In this document: one piece after another, positions 39,304-49,561 of the stretch
How positions within the stretch are numbered: position 1 is the stretch's first letter
How the letters are laid out: each line of letters opens with the position of its first letter
The notes under the pieces: model-generated
Seen by the model: only the letters and a program-made list of their open reading frames with translations
Told to the model about the DNA's origin: nothing
The model's database searches: none
Translations under genes and position numbers: made by a program
NCBI GenBank assembly: GCA_018666805.1
Contig: JABIXB010000205.1
Location: 12,889-76,888 of the forward strand
Origin: Rhodospirillaceae bacterium
GTDB lineage: Bacteria > Pseudomonadota > Alphaproteobacteria > UBA828
Direction of reading: 5' to 3'
DNA length: 64,000 bases

Positions 39304-40731
39304 GTGCCGGAATGTTCTTTCACTGGCGCGAGCGGAGACAGCGAGCGCGTGCAGCTGGTTATACTTCTCATTGCCCTGGGTGGGCTTGCCGCGATCGGCT
39401 ATTACCTGGCGCGGCGAAAATTGCTCGGCGCTGCGGCGCGCGAATCCATCCGCCCCCACTCCATGCCCGGCTATCACGGCTGGTATGTCGCCGTTTGGTG
39501 CGCCCTGCCCTCGGCCGTGGTGCTGCTCATCTGGTTGCTCTTTGAGGAGCGCATTCTTGAAGCCCTGCTGATCTCCTCGCTCGGGCCGGAAGCCGCAATG
39601 CTTTCCGGCGAAATGCTCGGCCTGCTGCTCAACGATATCCGCAATCTAGCCGCCGGCGACGCGGTCAGCCGCGCCGCCGACCCGGCTCTCCTCGCCGCCG
39701 CCGAGCGCTACGGCGCCATGCGCGACACGGCGCGCGCCGCCCTGCTCGGCGGCGGCCTGGCGCTCGCCGCGGCCGGTCTGGCCTGGTCATGGCACCACGT
39801 GGCGCCGGCCTTCCGCGCCCGCCACCGGGTGGAAAAAATGGTGCGCTTCGCCCTGATCCTCGCCTCCTGCGTCGCCGTGGTGACGACCGTCGGCATTATT
39901 CTCTCGGTGCTGTTCGAATCGATCCGCTTCTTTTCCATTATCCCGGTCGGCGAATTTTTGTTCGGCCTGGAGTGGAGCCCGCAAACCGCCATCCGCGAGG
40001 ACCAGATCGGCAGCTCGGGCGCGTTCGGCGCCGTGCCGCTCTTTACCGGCACGCTGCTGATCACTCTGATCGCCATGCTGGTGGCGCTGCCGATCGGATT
40101 GTTTTCGGCAGTTTACATGGCCGAATTCGCCAGCCCGCGCGTGCGCAATACGGTCAAACCGATCCTCGAAATTCTCGCCGGCGTACCAACCGTGGTGTAC
40201 GGCTTTTTCGCCGCCCTCACGGTAGCGCCCGCCTTGCGCGGCTTCGGTAACTCAATCGGCCTCGACGTCGCCTCGGAGAGCGCGCTCGCGGCGGGCGCGG
40301 TGATGGGCATCATGATCATCCCGTTCATTTCCTCCTTGAGCGATGACGCCATCGTCGCCGTGCCGCGTTCCTTACGCGAAGGTTCGCTCGCGATGGGGGC
40401 AACGCGCTCGGAAACGGTGGTGAAAGTTATTCTCCCCGCCGCCCTGCCGGGCATCGTTGCCGCTTGCTTGCTCGCCGTCAGCCGCGCCATCGGCGAGACC
40501 ATGATCGTCGTCATGGCAGCCGGCCTCGCGGCCAAACTCACTGCCAACCCACTCGACGCCGTCACCACCGTGACCGCGCAAATGGTGACCCTGCTGGTCG
40601 GCGATCAGGAATTTGACAGTGCCAAGACCCTGGCCGCCTTTGCGCTTGGCTTGGCGCTTTTCCTCGCCACCCTGGCGCTCAATGTGCTGGCGCTCTACAT
40701 CGCGCGCAAATACCGCGAGCAATACGAATGA
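39304..40731 (+). CDS. pstC: Phosphate ABC transporter permease PstC (long alphaproteobacterial form)
   Basis: An N-terminal extension precedes the ABC permease core. It has the EAA-like loop (GATRSETVVKVILPAALPGI); 475 aa. Confidence 0.9.
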   Translation: MPECSFTGASGDSERVQLVILLIALGGLAAIGYYLARRKLLGAAARESIRPHSMPGYHGWYVAVWCALPSAVVLLIWLLFEERILEALLISSLGPEAAMLSGEMLGLLLNDIRNLAAGDAVSRAADPALLAAAERYGAMRDTARAALLGGGLALAAAGLAWSWHHVAPAFRARHRVEKMVRFALILASCVAVVTTVGIILSVLFESIRFFSIIPVGEFLFGLEWSPQTAIREDQIGSSGAFGAVPLFTGTLLITLIAMLVALPIGLFSAVYMAEFASPRVRNTVKPILEILAGVPTVVYGFFAALTVAPALRGFGNSIGLDVASESALAAGAVMGIMIIPFISSLSDDAIVAVPRSLREGSLAMGATRSETVVKVILPAALPGIVAACLLAVSRAIGETMIVVMAAGLAAKLTANPLDAVTTVTAQMVTLLVGDQEFDSAKTLAAFALGLALFLATLALNVLALYIARKYREQYE

Positions 40732-42017
40732 TAGAAAAGGGCTGGCAAACCTCGGAACGCGCCACGCGGCGGCTCAAGAAACGCTACCGCCGTGAACGCC
40801 GGCTGAAGGCGGCCGGAATCCTGGCCATCGGCCTCGCGCTCGGTGTGTTGGTGCTGCTCTTGGGCAGTGTCATCTCACGCGGCTATCCGGCTTTCGTCAA
40901 AACCGAAATCGCGCTCGAAATTACTTTCGATGCCAGACTGATCGACCCCAGTGGCTCAGGCGAAGCAAAGCAGTTGGCCAAGGGAAAATATGGCAGAGCG
41001 TTGCGCCAGGCGCTGTTTGCAAAATTCCCCGACGTCGTGGAGCGGGCCGAGCGGCGCAATCTAACGCAGCTCTTCAGCAAGGCGGCGCGCTTTGAATTGC
41101 GCGAGATGATTCTCGATCAGCCCGATTGGATCGGCACGACACAGCGCGTTTGGCTTACCGCCGCGAGCGACGTCGACATGCTGACAAAAGGCAGCTTGCC
41201 GCGCGATGTGCCGCAAGCCGAACGCCGCCTGAATGATCAGCAACTGGCCTGGGTTGATCATTTCGAGGCGGCGGGAAATCTGCGCACTGTGTTCAATGGC
41301 GGCTTTTTCACCGGCTCCGATTCACGCGAGCCCGAGCTTGCCGGCATCGGCGGCGCGCTGGCGGGATCGTTCTGGACCCTGCTGATTACCCTCGTTCTCG
41401 CCTTTCCGCTCGGCGTTGCCGCCGCCGTTTACCTGCAGGAATTCGCGCCCAAAAACCGCCTCACCGATTTTATCGAGGTCAATATCAACAATCTAGCGGC
41501 GGTACCCTCAATCGTCTTCGGCCTGCTTGGACTTGCGATCTTTATTCAATTGTTCGAGCTGCCGCGTTCGACCGCCATCGTTGGCGGCCTGACGCTAATG
41601 CTGATGACACTGCCGACTATTATCATTGCCACCCGGGCCGCGCTTGCCGCCGTGCCACCCTCTATTCGCGAGGCGGCGCACGGCGTCGGCGCCTCACCGG
41701 TACAGGTGGTATCGCACCATGTGCTGCCGCTCGCCATGCCGGGTATCATGACCGGCACGATTATCGGCATGGCGCGCGCCCTCGGTGAAACAGCGCCGCT
41801 TTTGATGATCGGCATGGTCGCCTTTATCGTCGATATTCCATCGGCGCCGTTCGATTCGGCGACCGCATTGCCGGTGCAAATATTCTTGTGGGCGGACAGC
41901 CCGGAACGCGGCTTCGAGGAGAAAATGTCGGCCGCGATCATTGTTTTGCTCGCCTTTCTGATAATCATGAATGCGCTCGCGGTTATCCTGCGCCGGCGCT
42001 TCGAGACACGCTGGTAG
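40728..42017 (+). CDS. pstA: Phosphate ABC transporter permease PstA
   Basis: Overlaps pstC by 4 bp. It has the permease core with the [18 protein letters not shown]-loop. Confidence 0.9.
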   Translation: MIEKGWQTSERATRRLKKRYRRERRLKAAGILAIGLALGVLVLLLGSVISRGYPAFVKTEIALEITFDARLIDPSGSGEAKQLAKGKYGRALRQALFAKFPDVVERAERRNLTQLFSKAARFELREMILDQPDWIGTTQRVWLTAASDVDMLTKGSLPRDVPQAERRLNDQQLAWVDHFEAAGNLRTVFNGGFFTGSDSREPELAGIGGALAGSFWTLLITLVLAFPLGVAAAVYLQEFAPKNRLTDFIEVNINNLAAVPSIVFGLLGLAIFIQLFELPRSTAIVGGLTLMLMTLPTIIIATRAALAAVPPSIREAAHGVGASPVQVVSHHVLPLAMPGIMTGTIIGMARALGETAPLLMIGMVAFIVDIPSAPFDSATALPVQIFLWADSPERGFEEKMSAAIIVLLAFLIIMNALAVILRRRFETRW

Positions 42018-42049
42018 GCAGCGCGTTAAACGGTAAGAAAGAAAATGCG

Positions 42050-42865
42050 ATGACATTTACAATAGAGACAAGTCGCACAAACGGTCGCAGCCAGGCCGAA
42101 ATGCCACTGCCCTCCAAGATGGAGATCAGCGGTCTCGACGTTTTTTACGGCGCGACTCGGGCGCTCTATGACGTCGATATGAAAGTGGCGGAGAAGCGCG
42201 TGAGTGCGTTGATCGGCCCGTCGGGCTGCGGCAAATCAACCTTTCTGCGCTGCCTCAATCGCATGAACGACATCATCGAGGGTTGCCGGGTTGACGGCGA
42301 TGTGCTGCTTGACGGCAACGATATCTATGCCCGCGATCTCGACGTGGTGCAGCTGCGCGCGCGCGTCGGCATGGTATTTCAAAAACCCAATCCGTTTCCC
42401 AAATCGATTTATGACAATGTCGCCTACGGGCCGCGCATTCATGGCCTCACCAACAATGCCGGCGAGCTCGACGAGATCGTCGAAAGCAGCCTGCGCAAGG
42501 CCGGCCTTTATGATGAAGTGGCCGACCGCATGTCAGCACCCGGCACCAGCCTCTCGGGCGGGCAGCAACAGCGCCTCTGCATCGCGCGCGCCATCGCCAT
42601 CAGCCCGGAAGTTATTCTGATGGACGAGCCGTGCTCCGCCCTCGACCCAATCGCCACGGCCAAGGTCGAGGAGCTGATCGATGAATTGAAAGAAGACTTC
42701 ACCATCGCCATCGTTACGCACAATATGCAACAAGCGGCGCGCGTTTCCCAATACACGGCGTTTTTTCATTTGGGAAAACTGGTGGAGTTCGGCGATACCG
42801 AGGCGATCTTCACCAACCCGGAAGAAAAGCGCACCCAGGATTATATCACCGGGCGCTTCGGTTAG
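42050..42865 (+). CDS. pstB: Phosphate ABC transporter ATP-binding protein PstB
   Basis: Walker [10 protein letters not shown], signature LSGGQQQRL, Walker B ILMDEP. Start at MTFTIETS. Confidence 0.95.
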   Translation: MTFTIETSRTNGRSQAEMPLPSKMEISGLDVFYGATRALYDVDMKVAEKRVSALIGPSGCGKSTFLRCLNRMNDIIEGCRVDGDVLLDGNDIYARDLDVVQLRARVGMVFQKPNPFPKSIYDNVAYGPRIHGLTNNAGELDEIVESSLRKAGLYDEVADRMSAPGTSLSGGQQQRLCIARAIAISPEVILMDEPCSALDPIATAKVEELIDELKEDFTIAIVTHNMQQAARVSQYTAFFHLGKLVEFGDTEAIFTNPEEKRTQDYITGRFG

Positions 42866-42902
42866 CGGATAGACTCTAAAACAAGCGCAACAGGAGGGAA
42901 CC

Positions 42903-43637
42903 TTGCCCGAGCATACCGTCAAGAGCTACGACGAAGAGCTCAACCAGATGACCGGCACGATCTTGCGCATGGGCGGCATGGTCGAGCAACAATTGGCTGA
43001 GGCGATCACCGCCTTAGTCAAGCGCGACCCGGAATTGGCGGCGCGCGTCATCCAGGATGACAAGCCGGTCGACCGGTTGGAACATGAGGTCGACCATCTG
43101 GTCATGCGCCTCCTCGCGCTGCGCCAACCCATGGCGGTCGATCTCCGCCTGATTACCGCCTCGCTGAAAATTTCCAGCGATCTCGAGCGCATCGGCGATT
43201 ACGCCGCCAATGTGGCCAAGCGGGCGGGCGCGCTCAGCCAGGTAGAGCCGATGCGTCCGGTGGTGGTGATCCCGCGCATGTCGCTCATCGTCCAGGGCAT
43301 GATCAAGGATGTGCTGGATGCCTATATGGGGCGCGATGTCGACAAAGCGCTTGATGTGTGGCGGCGCGACGAGGAAGTCGATGAAATTTATAACAGCCTG
43401 TTTCGCGAACTGCTGACTTATATGATGGAGGATCCGCGCCACATCACGCCGTGCACGCACCTGCTGTTTATCGCCAAGAATATTGAGCGTATGGGCGATC
43501 ACGCGACCAATATTGCCGAGACGATCAGCTTTCTCGTCACCGGCACGCCGCTCGATGAGGTGCGCCCCAAGGGCGACAAAACGCCGTTCACGACGACCCC
43601 AGCCGACCTGCAGGATACGGGCTCTGAGGAGGTCTAG
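42903..43637 (+). CDS. phoU: Phosphate signalling complex protein PhoU
   Basis: TTG start preceded by AGGAGGG. Both halves of the PhoU duplicated motif are present, E..DHLVMR... D...ERIGD and ERMGDHATN. Confidence 0.9.
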   Translation: MPEHTVKSYDEELNQMTGTILRMGGMVEQQLAEAITALVKRDPELAARVIQDDKPVDRLEHEVDHLVMRLLALRQPMAVDLRLITASLKISSDLERIGDYAANVAKRAGALSQVEPMRPVVVIPRMSLIVQGMIKDVLDAYMGRDVDKALDVWRRDEEVDEIYNSLFRELLTYMMEDPRHITPCTHLLFIAKNIERMGDHATNIAETISFLVTGTPLDEVRPKGDKTPFTTTPADLQDTGSEEV

Positions 43638-43642
43638 AAACG

Positions 43643-44332
43643 GTGGCGCCCTATATTCTCGTCGTTGACGATGAAGCGGCCCTGCTGACGCTGGTGCGTT
43701 ACAATCTGGAGAAGGACGGCTTTGAGGTCGGCGAGGCTGTCGACGGCGAAGAAGCGATGCTGATGATCCGCGAGCGCCGCCCCGACCTTATCCTGCTCGA
43801 CTGGATGCTGCCCCGGCTCTCGGGTATTGAGGTTTGCCGCCGCGTCCGGCGCCAGGCCGACACGCAGAATATACCAATCATCATACTCAGCGCGCGCGGC
43901 GAGGAAAGCGACCGGGTGCGCGGCCTCGATTGCGGCGCCGACGATTATGTCGTCAAGCCGTTTTCGCCGAGCGAACTGGTGGCCAGGGTGCGCGCCGTGC
44001 TACGCCGTCTGCGCCCCGCCTTCGAAGCAGAGACAATCGAATATGGCGGCATCGCCATGGACCTGGCCGAATACCGTGTGACCCGCGACGGCGAGGCCAT
44101 CCGCCTGGCGCCGACGGAATTTCGCCTGCTGCGCCATTTTATGGAGCACCCTGGTCGGGTATTCAGTAGAGAACAGCTACTTGATGCCGTATGGGGCCGG
44201 GAAATTTATCTCGAACCGCGGACCGTGGACGTTCATGTCCGCCGCTTGCGCAAATCCCTCAACGCCAGCGGCAAGAATGACATTATCAGAACGGTTCGCG
44301 CCACCGGCTACTCGCTCGACCAGCGAGCATGA
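43643..44332 (+). CDS. phoB: Phosphate regulon response regulator PhoB
   Basis: REC domain (ILVVDDE...DLILLDWMLP...K) plus an OmpR/PhoB winged-helix C-terminus (RTVDVHV.RLRKSL); GTG start. Confidence 0.9.
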   Translation: MAPYILVVDDEAALLTLVRYNLEKDGFEVGEAVDGEEAMLMIRERRPDLILLDWMLPRLSGIEVCRRVRRQADTQNIPIIILSARGEESDRVRGLDCGADDYVVKPFSPSELVARVRAVLRRLRPAFEAETIEYGGIAMDLAEYRVTRDGEAIRLAPTEFRLLRHFMEHPGRVFSREQLLDAVWGREIYLEPRTVDVHVRRLRKSLNASGKNDIIRTVRATGYSLDQRA

Positions 44333-44340
44333 TTTTCTTC
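44311..44340 (+). terminator. Possible short terminator at the end of phoB
   Basis: CTCGCT-cgacc-AGCGAG forms a 6-bp stem overlapping the phoB stop, followed by GATTTTCTTCC. Confidence 0.3.
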
Positions 44341-44651
44341 CTTATTTACAGATAGTTAACCATATTTTACGAATAATTTAATTGTTTGTATGACACTCTG
44401 TCTTACAAGTTCCCTGCTGTAAGATTGGCTTAGGCGCTTATTGCGGATCGACCGGGGGCGCGCTACCGGGCGCCTGTAAAAACACTATATTTTGTGTCTA
44501 TTTTGTTCTGAAACACTAATAATAGTATTCGATAAGATGCTGAAAATGAACAATCTTTCAATGTAAACGGTTGTATCATGATTCGGTTGATGTTATGTGC
44601 TACAGCGCTTCAATATGATGCACCCCTTGTCGTCACCATTCTTGGCGAAAC

Positions 44652-45914
44652 ATGGCAACAGCAGATTCGCGACTGGGCCGGACAATGAGCGATAGCCGGC
44701 TAGACGCAGGCCCGAATAGCAGCGAACCCAGTGGACGGCAAAAAGCCAAGGCGCCATCGCCGTGGTCCGTTCGCGGCGTTTCGCGCGAAGCGCGCGCCAA
44801 GGCTGCCAAGGCGGCGTCCCGGCGGCGCGAGACTCTCGGCGAATGGGTGACCAACGCACTCACCCAAATCGCCAATGAAGAACTCGGCACCGGGCCGCGT
44901 CGCGCCACCTCAGAAAGCGCCCAGGCCGGCCTCCCTGCCGGGCCAGCGCAGGACGAATCACCTCTCGGTAAGGCGCTGCTGGCTCTGGCGGAGCGATTTG
45001 AAAAATCTGAAAAACGCAATGATGCGATCAGCGCCCTGGCGCAGCGGGTCGATGTCGCCGAAAGCAGCAACCGCGAAGTCGGTGCCATGGCTGAGCAGAT
45101 CGGCATTGTCGAGCAGCGCTCACGCGCCCTGACGATGCTGGTCGAACGGCTCGAGACCGCGGACCGGCGGGAAAAGACCCTGCTTTCCCTGATGCACAGC
45201 GTCGCCGAACGGGCCGAACGGGGCGAGGAGCGCATTACTGCCGTAACCCGGGGCCTGGCGGAAATGGCAGGCCAGTTGGAGGCTGCGCTCAATCGCAATA
45301 GCGCCCGCACGGCGCAGGATATCAACCAATCGATCATGCCGCTCGAAAGCGCGGTGAACAATCTCAGCAGCCGCATATCGGCGCAATCGAAAGCGCCTCA
45401 GCCCACCCCGGCGGCGCCGAGCGCATCCGCGCAATATTACGGCACGCCGGCCGGAAACATCTCACCGCCGCCTGAACCAGAAGCAGCCGAAGCAGGGCCG
45501 GAAACAACCGCCAGCGCCGAATCGCAGGATGACATGGTGGACGGCGGAAAAAGCAGCAAACCGCTGAAGTTCGATTTTAAAGCCTTAAACAAACGCGCCA
45601 TCGAAAACAGCCAGCGCCTGGCCGGGGATTCGGACTCGGCACCGGCGGAGGAAAAAAGCTCCGACGGCGGCTGGTTCGGCAAGGCTGATTCAGCATCAGA
45701 GAACGACGCGGAAGATGGAAAGGCGCCGGCAAGCGATGATTGGGCCGCCGAGGCTTTGGCCGACAATACGATCGATCACGCGCCGCAAGACGATCATCAG
45801 GAACCCAAATTGGAAAATGAGGGTCGGGCGCAAAAACAACAGCCGGCTGCCAGCGAAGAAGATGAAATGTTGATGGCAATCAAAAATGCAATCAAGCTTG
45901 ACAGCTCCAACTAA
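44652..45914 (+). CDS. Coiled-coil protein with a PodJ-N-terminus-like motif and an acidic low-complexity C-terminus
   Basis: N-terminal SPWSVRGVSREARAKAAKAASRRRETLGEWVTNAL resembles the conserved start of alphaproteobacterial polarity factor PodJ (PWSVKGI...R.G.TLGEWLN; recalled from memory, not verified). A coiled-coil central region follows. There is no TM or peptidoglycan-binding domain. Confidence 0.45.
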   Translation: MATADSRLGRTMSDSRLDAGPNSSEPSGRQKAKAPSPWSVRGVSREARAKAAKAASRRRETLGEWVTNALTQIANEELGTGPRRATSESAQAGLPAGPAQDESPLGKALLALAERFEKSEKRNDAISALAQRVDVAESSNREVGAMAEQIGIVEQRSRALTMLVERLETADRREKTLLSLMHSVAERAERGEERITAVTRGLAEMAGQLEAALNRNSARTAQDINQSIMPLESAVNNLSSRISAQSKAPQPTPAAPSASAQYYGTPAGNISPPPEPEAAEAGPETTASAESQDDMVDGGKSSKPLKFDFKALNKRAIENSQRLAGDSDSAPAEEKSSDGGWFGKADSASENDAEDGKAPASDDWAAEALADNTIDHAPQDDHQEPKLENEGRAQKQQPAASEEDEMLMAIKNAIKLDSSN

Positions 45915-47323
45915 CTGATTTCGTTACTACTTAAAGACCGAATTCGCTCCGCCCGCTGGTGCGCGATGGTTATCCACAGGAGAAAAGCGAGCCCTGGCAG
46001 CGCCGCCACGGTTGTTATCAGGAAAAACGGCACCCATTCCACCATATCCGCCAACCACCCAGCCGGCGCGGCAAGAAATGTGCGCCCGAGGGATGCGACG
46101 GCGCTCAGCAGCGCGAATTGGGTTGCCGTATAGGCGAGATTACAGAGGCCTGACAAATAAGCCACAAAGGCTGCGGTGCCCATACCACCAGCCAAATTTT
46201 CGACCGCGAACGCGATCGCCAACATGCCGGTGTCATAACCGACCGATGCCTGTACGGCGAAAATTAAGTTGGAGAGCATCTGGACGCCGCCGCATATCCA
46301 AAGCGCCCACAACATGCCCAATTTAGCCATTAGCCAGCCGCCGATAACGAACCCGAGAAGGGTCGCGATGAGACCGACGGTTTTACCGATATTGCCGATC
46401 TCGGCGTCGCTGAAGCCGAGCTCGACCAAAAAATAACCGGTCATCACTCCAGCCATCGAATCGCCCAGCTTGTAGAATACGATGAAGAGCAAAATGACGA
46501 GCCACTGCGGGCGTGTCATAAAATCCACGAACGGGCTGATCACCGCGTCATAGAGCCAAGACAGTATTGCCGCGCGACGGCCCGACAATTCAGGCCTGTG
46601 GGCAAGATAATCGCGCACCCGGCGTTCACGCGCCGCCGATTCCTCACCGACGACATGCTCAGGCTCACGGCTCAGCAATATTGTAACCAAACCAATCGAC
46701 ACGAGCGCCGCCATGATCAGATACACCGTGCTCCATCCGACCCCACCGACCAAATTGAGCGCGCCGGTGGTGGAAACCAGAACGCCAATGCGATAACCGA
46801 AGACATACGTACTGGCGCCAGTGCCGATTTTTTCTTCCTCGAGCAGCTCGACCCGGTAGGCGTCGATCACGACGTCCTGACTGGCGCTGCAAAACGCGAC
46901 GAGAACGGCGAAAATGGCCATCAGCCCGAGGTTTTCGACCGGATCGGTTAGCGCCATGGCAACGATTGCCGCCATCAACGCGAGCTGAGTCGCCACCGTC
47001 CAGCCGCGGCGCTGCCCGAGAAACCGTGTGAGCAGCGGAAATCCCACCCTGTCGATAACCGGCGCCCAAAGGAATTTTATCGCGTATGACAGAGCAACTA
47101 TGGAGAACAGGCCAACTGTCGTCTTGTCAATCTCCTCGCGGGCAAGCCAAATACCGAGTGTGTTTCCCGTCAGCGCCAGCGGCAAACCGGCGGACAAGCC
47201 GAGAAAGAAAATGGAGACAATACGCCGGTCGCGATAGCTGGCCAGGGCGCCGCGCCAGGATTTACGCGCTGCATGGCCAAGCCCATCGCGCGACCGCGCC
47301 GGGGGCGAACGGCCGTCAGCCAT
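45911..47323 (-). CDS. ampG: AmpG family muropeptide MFS permease
   Basis: 12-14 TM MFS protein with AmpG-type motifs (GLSAGLPLAL, DAYRVE..). Convergent with the upstream gene, overlapping it by 4 bp. Confidence 0.75.
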   Translation of the reverse strand: MADGRSPPARSRDGLGHAARKSWRGALASYRDRRIVSIFFLGLSAGLPLALTGNTLGIWLAREEIDKTTVGLFSIVALSYAIKFLWAPVIDRVGFPLLTRFLGQRRGWTVATQLALMAAIVAMALTDPVENLGLMAIFAVLVAFCSASQDVVIDAYRVELLEEEKIGTGASTYVFGYRIGVLVSTTGALNLVGGVGWSTVYLIMAALVSIGLVTILLSREPEHVVGEESAARERRVRDYLAHRPELSGRRAAILSWLYDAVISPFVDFMTRPQWLVILLFIVFYKLGDSMAGVMTGYFLVELGFSDAEIGNIGKTVGLIATLLGFVIGGWLMAKLGMLWALWICGGVQMLSNLIFAVQASVGYDTGMLAIAFAVENLAGGMGTAAFVAYLSGLCNLAYTATQFALLSAVASLGRTFLAAPAGWLADMVEWVPFFLITTVAALPGLAFLLWITIAHQRAERIRSLSSNEIS

Positions 47324-47344
47324 GTTTAACTGGCCGGATTGCCG

Positions 47345-48304
47345 TCAGAGCCGGTTCCTATCATGTGCGTGGTGCAGATTTATTTCCGGCCCGCGCGGCA
47401 CGATGCGGGTTGGGTTGATGCTCTCATGGCTGCGGTAATAATGTTCTTTGATGTGGCGGAAATTGCACGTCTCGGCGATCCCTGGGATTTGATACAATTC
47501 GCGTAAATAATTGGAAAGACAGGGATAATCCGCGATTCTTCGGAGATTGCACTTGAAATGGCCGACATAGACGGGATCAAAGCGGAGCAGCGTGACAAAG
47601 AGCCGCCAATCCGCCTCGGTCAGGCGATCGCCGCATAGGTAGCGCCCAGTTGAGAGCTTATCTTCCGCCCAGTCGAGCGCCGCGAAGAGCTGTTCGAACG
47701 CTTCTTCATAGGCTTCCTGGGTGGTGGCGAAGCCGTTGCGATAGACGCCGTTATTGATGTCGGTAAACACCCGCTCATTGATTTCGTCGATCTCGCTCAG
47801 CAAATCATCCGGGCAATAATCTGGGCTGTCCTTGGCGATTCCAACGAACTCGCTGTTCATCATGCGGATAATTTCGGCCGATTCATTATTGACGATGGCG
47901 CCGCGCGTACGGTCCCACAGTACCGGCACCGTAACGCGGCCGGAATATTCCGCCCGAGCGTGGGTGTAGATTTCATGCATGTGCCGGGCGCCGAACAGCG
48001 GATCGGCAATGCAGCCCTCGCTTTCGCCAAACGCCCAGCCCTTATCGGCCATGAACGGATCGACGACAGATATGCTGATCGCGTCCTCCAGGCCCTTGAG
48101 AACACGAAATATAAGGGTGCGGTGCGCCCATGGGCAGGCGAGCGAGACATAGAGGTGATAGCGCCCGGCTTCGGCCTTGAAACCGGTGCTGCCATCGGCG
48201 CTGACGAAATCGCGGAACTGGGTCTCGGCGCGGACAAACCGGCCATCCTTGGAACGGACAGCTAGCGTCTCGGCTTGCCAAATACCATCCACCAATTGGC
48301 CCAT
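47345..48304 (-). CDS. yqjG: Glutathionyl-hydroquinone reductase (Xi-class GST, YqjG-like)
   Basis: CPWAHR active-site motif, YHLYVSLACPWAHRTLI; 319 aa. Confidence 0.85.
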   Translation of the reverse strand: MGQLVDGIWQAETLAVRSKDGRFVRAETQFRDFVSADGSTGFKAEAGRYHLYVSLACPWAHRTLIFRVLKGLEDAISISVVDPFMADKGWAFGESEGCIADPLFGARHMHEIYTHARAEYSGRVTVPVLWDRTRGAIVNNESAEIIRMMNSEFVGIAKDSPDYCPDDLLSEIDEINERVFTDINNGVYRNGFATTQEAYEEAFEQLFAALDWAEDKLSTGRYLCGDRLTEADWRLFVTLLRFDPVYVGHFKCNLRRIADYPCLSNYLRELYQIPGIAETCNFRHIKEHYYRSHESINPTRIVPRGPEINLHHAHDRNRL

Positions 48305-48388
48305 ACCGTCACCCCCTCAATTCCTGTCGTCGCCCCGTCATACAAGGATATGACAAAGTTAAGGCATTGAATTTATTGACTATACATT

Positions 48389-49396
48389 TTACCCGCCAGC
48401 GAGTGGCCCAGCGCTGGCCGCAACGAACTGAGCAACATCGGATTCCGGTTTGGCGCCAAAATGGGAGATTATCTCGCTGGCCGCGAGCGCGCCGAGGCGG
48501 CCGCAGCGGGCAAGGTCGAAATCATGGGTGTAACCGTAGAGAAACCCGGCAGCATAGAGGTCGCCGGCACCGGTTGTGTCCGTCAATTGTGCCACCGGCG
48601 CCGCGTCAATAACATGAATTTCACCACCGCCGACGACCACGGATCCCTTTTCGCTCCGGGTCAGCGCGGCAATTTCACAATGCTTGGCGACCAATTGCAG
48701 CGCTTCATCAAAATCGGATAATTGATAGAGCGATAAAATTTCATCTTCGTTGGCGAACAGAATATCGACATGGTTCTCGACCAGATCGCGGAATTCGTCA
48801 CGATAACGATCAACGCAGAATGAATCTGAGAGGCTGAGCGAGACGCGCCTGCCATGCGCATGGGCAATTTTCTGCGCCTTGCGAAAAGCCTGTTTGGCGC
48901 CTGGCGGATCCCAAAGATAGCCTTCCATATAGGTCACTTTGGCGTCAGCGATAAAATCCTCCCTGATATCGTCAGGGCCAAGCTCAACGCAGGCGCCGAG
49001 ATAGGTATTCATGGTACGCTGGGCATCGTCGGTGACGAGAATGAGACAGCGCGCCGTCGGCGTGCCGTCAATCGCTGGTGTGGTATCAAACCGAACGCTG
49101 GCAGCGTTGATATCGTGGCGAAATACCTCGCCCAGGGTATCTTTCTTGACCTTGCCGATATAGCCGGCGGCGCCACCCATCAGGGCAAGGCCAACCATGG
49201 TGTTGGCGGCGGATCCGCCGGAAGCTTCGATGCCAACGCCCATAGCGGCGTAAAGCGCCTCAGACTGCTCAGCATCAATAAGGGTCATCGCGCCCTTGGC
49301 CAGCGCGTGGTCGGTAAGAAACGAGTCCTCGGCACGCGCGATCACATCGACGATGGCATTGCCGATACCGATCACATCCAGGCTTGGTTCCGCCAT
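48389..49396 (-). CDS. PfkB-family carbohydrate/nucleoside kinase (adenosine kinase-like)
   Basis: GNAIVDVI N-terminus, GG-switch, DTTGAGDLYAAGFLYG anion-hole motif. Confidence 0.75.
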   Translation of the reverse strand: MAEPSLDVIGIGNAIVDVIARAEDSFLTDHALAKGAMTLIDAEQSEALYAAMGVGIEASGGSAANTMVGLALMGGAAGYIGKVKKDTLGEVFRHDINAASVRFDTTPAIDGTPTARCLILVTDDAQRTMNTYLGACVELGPDDIREDFIADAKVTYMEGYLWDPPGAKQAFRKAQKIAHAHGRRVSLSLSDSFCVDRYRDEFRDLVENHVDILFANEDEILSLYQLSDFDEALQLVAKHCEIAALTRSEKGSVVVGGGEIHVIDAAPVAQLTDTTGAGDLYAAGFLYGYTHDFDLARCGRLGALAASEIISHFGAKPESDVAQFVAASAGPLAGG

Positions 49397-49561
49397 ATTT
49401 CAACTCCGATTCGCTAATATTATTATGTTTCTTGCGCCGCACTATAAGGTGCCAACGAGATAGAATCCAACATATGGTGGGGATTCGGGCAGGGCTGGGA
49501 TTCGCCGTGCCGCACCGGCTGCACGGTTCTTCCGAAGACGCCGCAAGATAGGGATAAGAAG

